This document shows, piece after piece, positions 8,131 through 17,641 of a stretch of 64,000 nt of DNA; positions within the stretch are counted from its first letter, which is position 1, and each line of letters opens with the position of its first letter. Source of the DNA: Promethearchaeota archaeon (lineage in GTDB: Archaea > Asgardarchaeota > Lokiarchaeia > Sigyniarchaeales > SOKP01); assembly GCA_016839745.1 (NCBI GenBank), contig JAEOTS010000009.1:9507-73506 (forward strand), written 5' to 3'. The notes under the pieces are model-generated. The model did no database searches. It worked only from the letters and a program-made list of their open reading frames with translations, and had not been told where the DNA came from. Made by a program: the position numbers and the translations under genes.

Positions 8131-10452
8131 TTAATCATTTTTCTCAACATTTAAGAGTTCTTTTAATAGGAAAAGAGCTCCCTGTTTATCTAATGGATCG
8201 TTATTGTTTCCACATTTAGGGCTCATAATGCACGCAGGACAACCATTATCTGATTTACAGCTACACGATTCAACTAATTTTAAGGCAAGGTTTAATAATT
8301 CGACTAAATTAAAGAAGAGCTGTTCAGATATTCCAATACCGCCTTTGTAGGCATCATATATGTATATTACAGGCTGCTGTTTAACAGGATCGAAATCGAT
8401 AGAGACCCCACCTAAATCCCATCTTGATATTTGGGCTAATGCTGGAGCCATTGCAATCATGGCGTGTTCCACTGCGTGAATTGTCCCTCCCAAATCGAAT
8501 CCTTTCAATTCTAACTCTTTTTGAAATTCAAATGGAATCCCAAACCAAACCGCTTGAGTTTCAAACTCAATAATTGGAATGTTATTTAGTGGATGTCGGG
8601 ATAAAGTTTCTTGCGTTAAGGTATCAATGACTTTATAAGAGTAATATTCGTGCTCAACTTTTACATTGCCAAAGAATTTCTCAATTATGTTATTCTGCCC
8701 CGTATTATCTTGCGAGAGAATTTCAAGAGGAAATATATCTGTATGCTTGAGCGATTGAGTGTAAAATTCAACATTAGCTCTAGATAAATACACAACTTTT
8801 TCATCGAGATCTAAGTCTTGTACTACATAAGTTTCAGCTTCATAAAGGTAAACTGCTCCTGGGTGTAAATCACGAAAAACATAACTTTCGTCTTCGACTG
8901 TTAACAGTTCTTCAAATCCACTCTTCCTAAGAATTACTTTATAGCTCCTAGAGGAAACTGCGTTCAATCCGTACTTCTCGTTTGGAAAAAAGTCTCCTTT
9001 CCAATAGTACTTGTCCATCCTCTTCATCAACAACGATTCTGAAACTAAATCACTAATACAATTGTCAAATGTCACCTTTTTCTCAATTCCAAATCTCTGA
9101 TATTCATCAATAGTTATAGGTATTTCTTTAGCAGCACAGCATAAGTGATTTTTTAAAATATATTTATTTTTTAAAGTTATAAGTACTTCTTCTTGAATAT
9201 TTCCAAATAATTGCTCATGGTTATGGATATAAAACAAATCTAAGGGATTTTGCATTGGAATGAAAGTTGAAATCGATAATTCTGATCCTCTACCAGAGCG
9301 CCCAATCTGTTGTCTGAAGCTTGAAATAGTGCCTGGAAAACCCGAGCTAATTGTAGCGTCTAGGGAACCTATATCTATTCCTAATTCTAGAGCATTTGTA
9401 GAGCTAATCCCTAGAATATTCTTATTTTTAAAGTTTTCTTCGATTTCTCTTCTTTTTTTCTTGCTGATGCCCGCTCTATAACTGCTAATTCTGTCTTTGA
9501 GCAGGGGGAGAGCTTTCTTAGTCCAAATGGCTTGTAATTCGGCCATCTTTCTCGAAAGGGTGAAAGTTAAAGTTTGAATGCCGCTTTTGTATTTTAAATG
9601 AGTGATAAATAAATTCTTGGTTTCTTGATGGGCAGACCTATATTTTGCCGAGGCCTTATCATACGGTAAATCCCATAGTATTACTTTTTTTGCTCCAGAG
9701 GGAGAATCGTCTTTATCAATGACTACAAACTCTTCGCCAATTAATTTCTCGCAGAACACTTTTGCGTTATTAATTGTGGCACTTGATAATATCCAAATTG
9801 GTTTTACTTCAAATATGTCAAGAATTCGCTTCAATCTTCTTAAGAGTAAGGCGAAATTAGACCCAAAAATGCCTTTGTATATATGAATTTCGTCGAGTAC
9901 AATATATTTTAGATTACTACAAACTCTTCGCCACTTTTGTTTGAACCACGGTAAGTAATAGTGTAATCCATAAGGATTAGTTATTATAATGTTTGCACTT
10001 GCTAATATGCGCCTTTTTTCGTTTGGAGTAGTATCTCCGTCGTACACGCCAATACGGTAATCTTTTATGTTAGTCTCGCTTAGAATTTCTTTTAATTGAG
10101 AATGCTGATCGCGAGCTAAAGCTTTAGTTGGAAAAAGGTATAACGCCGTAGTTTTTTCGTTGTTTAAAAGGTGATCTAACACCGGTAAATTATAGCAGAG
10201 AGATTTTCCTGATGCCGTGGATGTAACAATAACAGTATTATTATCTTTCCTGATTGAATTTATAGCCACAGCTTGATGTCGCCAAAGATTTATTCCTTTA
10301 TTATTTAACCATCGTTCTAATCTTTTTCTTAGAGGTTTATCTAAAGCTTCAAAGCGAGCCTTAAGTTCGGGGATATGTTCAATGTGAGATATTTGACCAC
10401 AATAGAAATCTTGAGATTTGATAAACTTAAGAAAATCTTCAAAATCCACCAT
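8131..10452 (-). CDS. DEAD/DEAH-box helicase with C-terminal DUF1998 (MrfA/YprA-like zinc-binding domain)
   Basis: 773 aa. Walker A TSTASGKS, DEIH box, SAT motif, motif VI QQIGRSGR, and a C-terminal Cys4 cluster CSCKSDNGCPACIMSPKCG. Confidence 0.85.
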   Translation of the reverse strand: MVDFEDFLKFIKSQDFYCGQISHIEHIPELKARFEALDKPLRKRLERWLNNKGINLWRHQAVAINSIRKDNNTVIVTSTASGKSLCYNLPVLDHLLNNEKTTALYLFPTKALARDQHSQLKEILSETNIKDYRIGVYDGDTTPNEKRRILASANIIITNPYGLHYYLPWFKQKWRRVCSNLKYIVLDEIHIYKGIFGSNFALLLRRLKRILDIFEVKPIWILSSATINNAKVFCEKLIGEEFVVIDKDDSPSGAKKVILWDLPYDKASAKYRSAHQETKNLFITHLKYKSGIQTLTFTLSRKMAELQAIWTKKALPLLKDRISSYRAGISKKKRREIEENFKNKNILGISSTNALELGIDIGSLDATISSGFPGTISSFRQQIGRSGRGSELSISTFIPMQNPLDLFYIHNHEQLFGNIQEEVLITLKNKYILKNHLCCAAKEIPITIDEYQRFGIEKKVTFDNCISDLVSESLLMKRMDKYYWKGDFFPNEKYGLNAVSSRSYKVILRKSGFEELLTVEDESYVFRDLHPGAVYLYEAETYVVQDLDLDEKVVYLSRANVEFYTQSLKHTDIFPLEILSQDNTGQNNIIEKFFGNVKVEHEYYSYKVIDTLTQETLSRHPLNNIPIIEFETQAVWFGIPFEFQKELELKGFDLGGTIHAVEHAMIAMAPALAQISRWDLGGVSIDFDPVKQQPVIYIYDAYKGGIGISEQLFFNLVELLNLALKLVESCSCKSDNGCPACIMSPKCGNNNDPLDKQGALFLLKELLNVEKND

Positions 10453-10576
10453 AAACTAGCCCAAGAAATTTAATGAAATATATGAATTAAAAATTCAAAG
10501 GATATATGATTTTATAATTTTTAAGAACCTCCAAAAATGTCAACTTTTTTAATGAAGTCTACTTACAATTAAAATT

Positions 10577-11884
10577 ATGGGAATGAATGCAAAAAAAGAA
10601 GATGATTTTATTTCTCCTACTTTAGTGAACTACTTAAGACAAGAGATACCAATAGAAGAAATTAGGGATTATTCCTCATCAGGAAGAATAGAGAGTATTG
10701 ATTTTGTAAAAGGTTTTGCAATACTGTTCATAATACTGGCCCATTATGCTGCTGTTTGGTTAAATGAAGAGTGGTATTTCGTGTATGGATTAGCATTTAT
10801 GTTTTTAGATATTTTAGGCCCTTCACTTTTTATATTTCTCTCTGCTTTAAGCGTAGTATTTACAGTAAAGAAAAAAGCAGGAAAAATGCCCGAGAAACTC
10901 ATTAGAAATCGAGTTTTTTCAAGAGGACTAATTATTGTGGTTATTGGCGTGTTTATAAACTTAACAGAGCACTATTATCCCTTTCCCTTAAATCTTTGGG
11001 GCTGGAATATTTTGTTTTTTATGGGATTTTCCCAAATTTTTTCGTATTACGCATTAAAAATAACTAAGATGCCTCGTGCGATTATTGGAATATTCATAAT
11101 TTTCTTAACTCCCACGATTAGAGCTTTTCTCTATACTGAAAAAGACACAAATTTGATAGTGGGATTTTTTCACTTTATCATCACTTCTGCCAATCCGTCT
11201 GTCACGCTTTTACCTTGGCTTTCGATATGTTTTATTTCGACAATTTTCGGAGAATATCTTTATGAGGCGATGAGTGATAAGTCAGAGAATAGATTTAGAG
11301 GATTATTTCGCATCTTCTTTACTTGGGGTATTTCCCTTATTGTTGCTGGAGTTATGATGGGGTTTACTTTACAAACGGTAGTAACTATGAACATGTCAGA
11401 ATATGGACACTTATCTCTATTGGGAATTGCCAACGATCAGAGTTTTTTTTACCTGCCAGGCATGCCCGATTTTTTGATTAGAGGAACTGCCTCCAATATG
11501 TTATATAATTTAGGAGCTGCTCTCACAATTATAGGTATCGCTTTTTATTTCATCGATTTAAAAGGAAAATCGAATAATATTGTAAGAATGTTTAGATACT
11601 ATGGAAAAATCTCTTTGAGTCTGTTTATGATACATTTTATCTTCATGCCCCTATATGTTAAGCAATTAAATATTTTTTTATTTCCAGTTATTTATATTGC
11701 GAATGTTGGCTTGTTAGGATTTATGATGTATATATGGATTGAATATGGAAAAGGAATAGGATCACCTGAATGGTTAATGGTTCAAATTGGTAGGATTGGA
11801 CAAAAAACCGGAGAAAATATTAAAAAAACTTCGAAATTAGCAGTTGAAAAAACTAAAAAATCAATTGAAAAAAGAAGGACCTAA
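10577..11884 (+). CDS. multipass membrane protein, DUF1624 / heparan-alpha-glucosaminide N-acetyltransferase-like acyltransferase
   Basis: 435 aa with about 10 hydrophobic helices. An N-terminal RIESIDFVKGFAILFIILAH resembles the DUF1624 signature. Confidence 0.5.
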   Translation: MGMNAKKEDDFISPTLVNYLRQEIPIEEIRDYSSSGRIESIDFVKGFAILFIILAHYAAVWLNEEWYFVYGLAFMFLDILGPSLFIFLSALSVVFTVKKKAGKMPEKLIRNRVFSRGLIIVVIGVFINLTEHYYPFPLNLWGWNILFFMGFSQIFSYYALKITKMPRAIIGIFIIFLTPTIRAFLYTEKDTNLIVGFFHFIITSANPSVTLLPWLSICFISTIFGEYLYEAMSDKSENRFRGLFRIFFTWGISLIVAGVMMGFTLQTVVTMNMSEYGHLSLLGIANDQSFFYLPGMPDFLIRGTASNMLYNLGAALTIIGIAFYFIDLKGKSNNIVRMFRYYGKISLSLFMIHFIFMPLYVKQLNIFLFPVIYIANVGLLGFMMYIWIEYGKGIGSPEWLMVQIGRIGQKTGENIKKTSKLAVEKTKKSIEKRRT

Positions 11885-12029
11885 ATCATACTTTTATATT
11901 TTTTTTATTATAGATGTTTAAGGTTCAAAAGTATAACAGTAAATTCTTCACCTACTAAAATATAAAAATAATTACCCGTTATTGAGATCAATTTAATCCT
12001 AAATATATGAAATATTTTTTAATTGAAAA

Positions 12030-13049
12030 ATGTCTAATTCTGAGTGGAATAAAGTAGATTTTCAGACTTTCATAGATAAGTTTAGTAAGAAAGTAATCGT
12101 TGAAAACGCACCGATTATGTTATACTCGAAGAAGGATAAAGAGCACGAAGCTTTAAATTCGTTGATAACTTTTTTCTTTCTTACTGGAGGTTTATTTATT
12201 TTTATCTCCTTAGCGATATTTTTTGGATTCGCTGAAATTTTTACTATTCTTTTTGTTGCAATAATCGTTATTGCAGCAGTGGTGGATGCGGTTTTAATTT
12301 TTAATTATCTTCGTTCTCATGTACTAATCAGACCTTTAGAAAATTGGGTGGAAGTGTATGAAGGACAGATGCAAGGAGATAATGTGTTTTATTGCCTTTC
12401 ATATTATCCTGTGTTTTCTGGAAAATGTCACCCAAATAAAGCAAAAAATGTGCTTTACAAATTGCTTCAGGAAGAATTATTTAATAGTAGTATAGATATA
12501 ACCCAGATTGAAGTTTATTTACAATTTAATTTAACTGATCCAGAAAACTATAATGTAATCGGTTATTATTTCCAGTATGGAGAAGGTGTTCCCTTTAAGA
12601 GCGTTAAAATCAACAGAAATTCATGGAAATTTTTCCCTATGGAGCAAGCAAGCCACGAGAACTTTATTGCAATAGCTAATTGGGATCATCAATACGAGTG
12701 GCGTAATGATTTAGAATTAGATTATGATAAACTACATAGCTACGCACCATGGATTATACAAAAATGGGACGAATCAAATATAAAACCATTAACGAAAATA
12801 TTTAAAAACGAACTTAATTGGGATTTAAGAGGAATTGAATCGATTCCTAAGTTAAAACCATGGGAGCCTAATTTCGAAACAACTTCTTTTGATAGTTTTA
12901 AGGCTTTTAAGGACCTTCAATTGATGAATGATGCGATCGAAAAAGTTATAGGTAAAGATATAAAAATAGAAAAATTAAAAGATATTAAAAAGCATTTGTT
13001 AGAATTTAAAGCTTATTTAAGGGATTTAAATTCTCAATATATTATCTAA
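12030..13049 (+). CDS. hypothetical membrane protein (two N-proximal TM helices plus a soluble W/Y-rich domain)
   Basis: 339 aa. I recognise no family motif. It ends 22 nt before the next gene. Confidence 0.55.
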   Translation: MSNSEWNKVDFQTFIDKFSKKVIVENAPIMLYSKKDKEHEALNSLITFFFLTGGLFIFISLAIFFGFAEIFTILFVAIIVIAAVVDAVLIFNYLRSHVLIRPLENWVEVYEGQMQGDNVFYCLSYYPVFSGKCHPNKAKNVLYKLLQEELFNSSIDITQIEVYLQFNLTDPENYNVIGYYFQYGEGVPFKSVKINRNSWKFFPMEQASHENFIAIANWDHQYEWRNDLELDYDKLHSYAPWIIQKWDESNIKPLTKIFKNELNWDLRGIESIPKLKPWEPNFETTSFDSFKAFKDLQLMNDAIEKVIGKDIKIEKLKDIKKHLLEFKAYLRDLNSQYII

Positions 13050-13071
13050 AGAATTATAGAGTTAAACCAAA

Positions 13072-14505
13072 ATGGAATCTTTACAAACAATTAAAGAACT
13101 TAAAATTGAGACCAATAAAATCTTTTACGATAAAAAAACAGAAATTTTATCTGTGTATATTTACGATATCGTCTTTATTGGAAATTATAAAAAGAATACA
13201 AAGATAAATAAAATATTAGATGACATCTACAAATCGCTTGGAGAAACCCAGATATTGCGCGAATACTTATTAATCGTAGATTTTGTTACACAAACTCCAA
13301 TTAATGAAAAAACTAAATTAAAAGATTTAAAATTAATTTCTAAAAAAGAAAAACCAGATAAAAAAAAAGAAGAGAAGGAGAAGAAAAAAGACATAAGTAG
13401 AGACAAAAGCGGTAAAGCAGACGAAAAGTTTAAGAGTAAAAAATTACGTAGCGCTCCCGAGAAGCCAATGAAATATCAAGAAAAAGAAAGACTTGTCGTG
13501 GATGCTCCAAAGGCAAAAAAAAGAGCAAAACGAAAGGAAGAAACTTATGAAATAGAGATGGCCGATGAAGAAGCTGCCGATGAAGATATGTTTTTTGAAG
13601 AACCGGGAGAATTTGAGGAGGCTTCAGAAAAGTCAATGAGTGCACTTCCCGTTTCAGCTCCACCCCCATCTCCAGCTCCAACAAGAGCTCCTGACGGTGC
13701 CCCTAAAGCAAGTAGAGAGGTTTTAGGCGGATATGGCGAAGGTCCAAAAGATGATGATATAGTTCCTTCCGTAGTGTCTGAAGCTGTTTCCGAAGAACCA
13801 AAACCGACAGTTTACGAAATTAACATGGGACTTCAGTACTATTCTGTCATGATGGAAAAGTCGAGCTATCTTTTCTATGTTTACTTATCACATAAAGAGC
13901 TAAAAATTGTTGACGAAGAAGGGAAAACTGTGTTTGAAACGTCGTTTACAATAGTCACAACTAAGAAGGAACCCCCAATAGTGAACTTAAAAGTTGAGGG
14001 AGAAGGATTTGAAGTGCATCCCTTATACGGGAAAGTAGAAATTAAAAAGGACGCTATCAACCCCCCTGTAATGATCTTTTCAGTACTACCTGTAAAGAAT
14101 AAGAAAAGAACTAAAAAAGAAAAGAAGATGAGTGAGAGACGATACTTACACGTCTACATTGAATATGAGGATAATGTAATTAATCATAGCGTCTTATCGA
14201 TAATCGTACAACCCAAACATTTTAGATTAGATATCGGTCCAATTCATTTAAACATAAGTAAAAAGACGGCAGCTGTAATTTCTTTTCTTTCTATTATAGT
14301 CGCTGTTGCTTCGTTAATATTTACTATATTTGCTTTCGATCCTTCGTCAACTTTAGTCGATGTCGTAGGAAATTTTGCACCAGGAATTGGTTCTATCCTG
14401 TTCATAGTGATCTTTCTTATCACATTATTTAAAGAAGGTATTTATCCACTCAAAGAGAAAATCAGTTATTTCCTAAATTTTGATAATACGGGGCTAATAA
14501 AATAG
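13072..14505 (+). CDS. hypothetical C-terminally membrane-anchored protein with a long K/E- and P-rich disordered linker
   Basis: 477 aa. Low-complexity stretches KKEKPDKKKEEKEKKK and VSAPPPSPAPTRAPDGAP, followed by a beta-rich domain and two C-terminal TM helices. Confidence 0.55.
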   Translation: MESLQTIKELKIETNKIFYDKKTEILSVYIYDIVFIGNYKKNTKINKILDDIYKSLGETQILREYLLIVDFVTQTPINEKTKLKDLKLISKKEKPDKKKEEKEKKKDISRDKSGKADEKFKSKKLRSAPEKPMKYQEKERLVVDAPKAKKRAKRKEETYEIEMADEEAADEDMFFEEPGEFEEASEKSMSALPVSAPPPSPAPTRAPDGAPKASREVLGGYGEGPKDDDIVPSVVSEAVSEEPKPTVYEINMGLQYYSVMMEKSSYLFYVYLSHKELKIVDEEGKTVFETSFTIVTTKKEPPIVNLKVEGEGFEVHPLYGKVEIKKDAINPPVMIFSVLPVKNKKRTKKEKKMSERRYLHVYIEYEDNVINHSVLSIIVQPKHFRLDIGPIHLNISKKTAAVISFLSIIVAVASLIFTIFAFDPSSTLVDVVGNFAPGIGSILFIVIFLITLFKEGIYPLKEKISYFLNFDNTGLIK

Positions 14506-14516
14506 AAGAGCTTACT

Positions 14517-15437
14517 CTAATATTTCTTATATTTTTTTTTTATGTATTCCCAAAAACCATTCTTTAATTCACTTAATACCTTATTTTTTGATTTGATAAA
14601 AAATAAATCTCTTTTTACGATCTGTGGAGAACCTCTAATTTCTATAATTTTAATTAAACCTGCCTTTTCAGCGTTAACTGCCATCATTTCACTCATTATG
14701 CTAATATAATTTGATTCGCTAACTGCTGAAATAATAGAATCGTTATCGTTCATCTCGAGTTTAATTTTTAGCCTTTTATAATCTGGAAATTGACGCTTAA
14801 ATGCATTTCTCATCCCTGAGCCCTTTTCTCGCCAAACGAAGGGAAATTTGATCAGATCTGTAAACTCAACTAAACCATTAGTATTTTTTAATAATTTATG
14901 GTTAGGAGAACAAATAAATTTAAGTTCATCTTCTCCAATTTTAATGAAATCAAAATCATCCTTACTATATTTTAGAAAACCCCCTATACCAGCAAAATCT
15001 GCCAAATTTTTTACGATATTTTCTATTGACTTTCTTGAATTATTGATCTTAACTTTAAAACTTACATTAGGATTATTATCCCGGTATTCAGCAATATCTC
15101 TAGGAAGGATTTGAGAACCAGGAGTCGTTGATGCAGAGATAATAATATTTTCATACCTAAAATCGCTAAACTTTGACAACTCTTTTACACACGCATCGAA
15201 TAAATCTATAATTCTTTGCGCGTGATCTAAAAAAACTGTTCCAGCTTCGGTTATTTCAAACTTCTTTGTGCTTCTATTTATTAAAACAATATCTGAGTCA
15301 TCACCAAAAAAATATCTCTCTAGTTGAGATGTTTGATGAGATAACGTACTTTGAGAAATGGGAAGATCGCGAGCTAATTCGGAGAAGCTTTTATATTTCG
15401 CTAATTTAACGAAATTTCTTAAGTATTCGATATTCAT
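14517..15437 (-). CDS. LysR-family transcriptional regulator
   Basis: 306 aa. N-terminal HTH: LRNFVKLAKYKSFSELARDLPISQSTLSHQTSQLE. It is divergent from dsrE-tusA. Confidence 0.85.
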   Translation of the reverse strand: MNIEYLRNFVKLAKYKSFSELARDLPISQSTLSHQTSQLERYFFGDDSDIVLINRSTKKFEITEAGTVFLDHAQRIIDLFDACVKELSKFSDFRYENIIISASTTPGSQILPRDIAEYRDNNPNVSFKVKINNSRKSIENIVKNLADFAGIGGFLKYSKDDFDFIKIGEDELKFICSPNHKLLKNTNGLVEFTDLIKFPFVWREKGSGMRNAFKRQFPDYKRLKIKLEMNDNDSIISAVSESNYISIMSEMMAVNAEKAGLIKIIEIRGSPQIVKRDLFFIKSKNKVLSELKNGFWEYIKKKYKKY

Positions 15438-15511
15438 CCTTCTACTGCTTATTTTTAATTTTTTACTCTAAAAATATCAAGTGTTTCCAATTAAATATTA
15501 CTTTACCAATA

Positions 15512-15554
15512 ATAAATAATTTATCGAAAATATAAATAAATTATTTCGAAAAAA
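15512..15554. promoter_or_regulatory. tandem imperfect direct repeat with internal dyads in the LysR / dsrE divergent intergenic region (candidate operator)
   Basis: ATAAATAATTTATCGAAAA (15512..15530) is followed by ATAAATAAATTATTTCGAAAAAA (15532..15554). Each contains a 13-nt dyad (ATAAAT-A-ATTTAT and AAATAA-A-TTATTT). The AT-rich background weakens the significance. Confidence 0.3.
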
Positions 15555-15621
15555 TTAATAAATCTTTTTTTATTACAATTCCATAACTAACCTTATAAAT
15601 TTAAACATTACATAATCTAAC

Positions 15622-15981
15622 ATGACAGAAAAGATAAAAGTATTTACGGTTGTAATTGGAAACGCTGCTTATACTTCCGAAAGACCTTATACAATGTTAC
15701 GGTTTGCTTATACCGCCCTATTGGAAGGACATAAAATTAATATCTTTTTGGTTGAAGATGGTGTTTTTGTAGGGAAGAAAAATCAAGATCCTTCGTCATA
15801 CGATAACGTTGGTAAATGGCTTAAAGATGTCATCGAAGAGGGTGGAGTAATTAAAGCGTGTGGAGTTTGTACAAAAGCGAGAGGGGTTTCTGCTGAAGAG
15901 TTGATTGAAGGTATTGAAATTACTACCATGAATGGCTTCGTTGACATGTGCGTCCAAGCGGATAATATTTTATTTAGCTAA
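15622..15981 (+). CDS. DsrE/DsrF-family sulfur-relay protein
   Basis: 119 aa, with the size and layout of a DsrE/TusD-like protein. The putative active-site Cys lies in IKACGVCTKARG. Confidence 0.7.
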   Translation: MTEKIKVFTVVIGNAAYTSERPYTMLRFAYTALLEGHKINIFLVEDGVFVGKKNQDPSSYDNVGKWLKDVIEEGGVIKACGVCTKARGVSAEELIEGIEITTMNGFVDMCVQADNILFS

Positions 15982-16002
15982 ATCAAATAGAGATGATTTA
16001 TC

Positions 16003-16230
16003 TTGAGCAAAACTTATAATTTGAAATTGGACGGATTGGTTTGCCCATTACCCGTCGCTAAAACTAAAAAGAAATTAAACGAAATGGAAACTGGTGAGGT
16101 ATTAGAAGTTACGGGAGATTTTGGCGAATCTGGGGAAAACATCAAGCGATATGTAGAAAAACATGGAGATTCAATTATAGAGTTTAAAATTGAAGGTGAA
16201 GATTATTATATTAAAATTAGAAAAGCTTAG
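16003..16230 (+). CDS. tusA: TusA/SirA-family sulfurtransferase
   Basis: 75 aa with a TTG start. The CPxP active-site motif lies in LDGLVCPLPVAKTKKKL. Confidence 0.8.
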   Translation: MSKTYNLKLDGLVCPLPVAKTKKKLNEMETGEVLEVTGDFGESGENIKRYVEKHGDSIIEFKIEGEDYYIKIRKA

Positions 16231-16558
16231 TTTTCTTAATTTTTATTGTAGGTTTTATTAAATCGTCATCTATAGGGAGATAAAGAAAGGAAAACCAAAA
16301 TAAATATTGTAAGTCATCATGCTTGCAAACTGCGCTGGTTAAGTCCCCCCATAAATATGTGCAGGACCAACCTCAAAAACACTTTTTCACTCAGCTCTTG
16401 AAAAGCTTCGAATATTTTCTACTTCAATATTTTATTAAAGTTTAAAAATGAGCACGATTATACATCGAAAAGCTTTATATAAAATAACGACAAAATTTTA
16501 ATACACATCTTAAAAAATTAAAGATGTTATATATCCACAGCAATTTAAAAAAATTGAG

Positions 16559-17620
16559 ATGATAAAAATTCTAGCACAAGATTTTAGCACAGCTTGGGCA
16601 ATCCCTTGGTATACGGTTATGGTGACTATTAACATCATGGGCCTGGTGTATTGTGCAGTTGTTTACAAACGATCACTGATTCCAAGGGATGGAAAGGATT
16701 CAACATATCGGAAATGGATGCGAATAATGGCGGTAATCTTTACGTTAGTTTCTGCATATCGAGCGATTAGTGTATGGTCTATACCTTATACTTTCCGAAT
16801 ACCGAACACGTTAGCGGAAGTTTCATTCGCTGGGTTATTTGGATATGCGATGTTACGATTTAATACTTATTTGCCTGCTACCGACGATGCACGTGCTAAT
16901 AAATTCAAGTCATTCATAACAAAGACTCCCTATATCCTAGTAGGATGTTTAATTCTAGCACAACCCATTGACACATGGGGGGGGATCACCCATTTTGTAT
17001 TAAGGGGTGTATTCGTGGAGACATTATGGGCGATTGGGTTCCTGTCAGTACTCCCACTTGCTATTATACAACTGCGCCGTGTTTTCTCGATAAAAGATAA
17101 GGAGGCAGTAGAACGGTTGCGAATACTGAGGTATTCTGCGATAATAATTGTAACTTGGTGCGTGGTTTATTGTATGTACAGGTGGCTCTTTACTTTACCG
17201 GGAATGTGGGGTAGGGCGTTATATATATTAGAAACGGAGGGAATTCAACTTGAAACTGGCATACAAGCGATAATTGATGCCTTGGGCTTTAGAACGCGAA
17301 CATCGCTAGAGTACAGCGATTGGAGTTTTAGTTTTCTAATATGGCACTCTGCCTACTTTAGCGTCTGTACTTGGATTTCAATATTCTTAATGAAAGCGCC
17401 ACGACCCCGGGAAATTTCCGGGAAACATAACGCTAAGCTAACGCTAATAACGCTAGCGCTAATAACGATAGGTTTAATATCGCTTATCACGATAATTGGC
17501 TTACCAGCTGACTTTGATGAGATAATTACTCTTATCATTTTGGGAGGCATATTTCTCGTACCAATTGCCTACTTTTTCGTTTGGGAAATTAAGCGTGTTA
17601 AGTTAAGGACTATAGAATAA
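16559..17620 (+). CDS. hypothetical multipass membrane protein
   Basis: 353 aa with 8 or more hydrophobic segments and no recognisable family motif. It looks more G+C-rich than its neighbours. Confidence 0.55.
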   Translation: MIKILAQDFSTAWAIPWYTVMVTINIMGLVYCAVVYKRSLIPRDGKDSTYRKWMRIMAVIFTLVSAYRAISVWSIPYTFRIPNTLAEVSFAGLFGYAMLRFNTYLPATDDARANKFKSFITKTPYILVGCLILAQPIDTWGGITHFVLRGVFVETLWAIGFLSVLPLAIIQLRRVFSIKDKEAVERLRILRYSAIIIVTWCVVYCMYRWLFTLPGMWGRALYILETEGIQLETGIQAIIDALGFRTRTSLEYSDWSFSFLIWHSAYFSVCTWISIFLMKAPRPREISGKHNAKLTLITLALITIGLISLITIIGLPADFDEIITLIILGGIFLVPIAYFFVWEIKRVKLRTIE

Positions 17621-17627
17621 ATTTTAA

Positions 17628-17641
17628 TTTTTTTTTTTTTT
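17628..17641 (+). terminator. T14 tract after the membrane-protein gene
   Basis: Uninterrupted T14 starts 8 nt after the TAA at 17618..17620. Confidence 0.45.

Noticed and set aside
8131-10452. DISARM- or Druantia-type defence system, inferred from the DUF1998 helicase.
   Set aside because: None of the partner genes (DrmB/C, methylase, SNF2 or the very large DruE-type architecture) is adjacent. The single-gene MrfA/YprA-like layout fits a repair helicase better.
16337-16347. GGTTAAGTCCC, identical to part of the universally conserved 16S rRNA segment GGGTTAAGTCCCGCAACGAGC. This suggested an rRNA fragment or an antisense guide RNA.
   Set aside because: Only 11 nt match and the flanks diverge immediately. 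No convincing C/D boxes flank it on either strand. The perfect ATGATGA on the minus strand at 16313..16319 has no matching D box at a proper distance.
16559-17620. The membrane protein downstream of tusA as a YeeE/YedE-type thiosulfate transporter, a common TusA neighbour.
   Set aside because: It lacks the N-terminal G-rich, Cys-containing YeeE motifs. It is also separated from tusA by a 328-bp spacer, so I left it as hypothetical.
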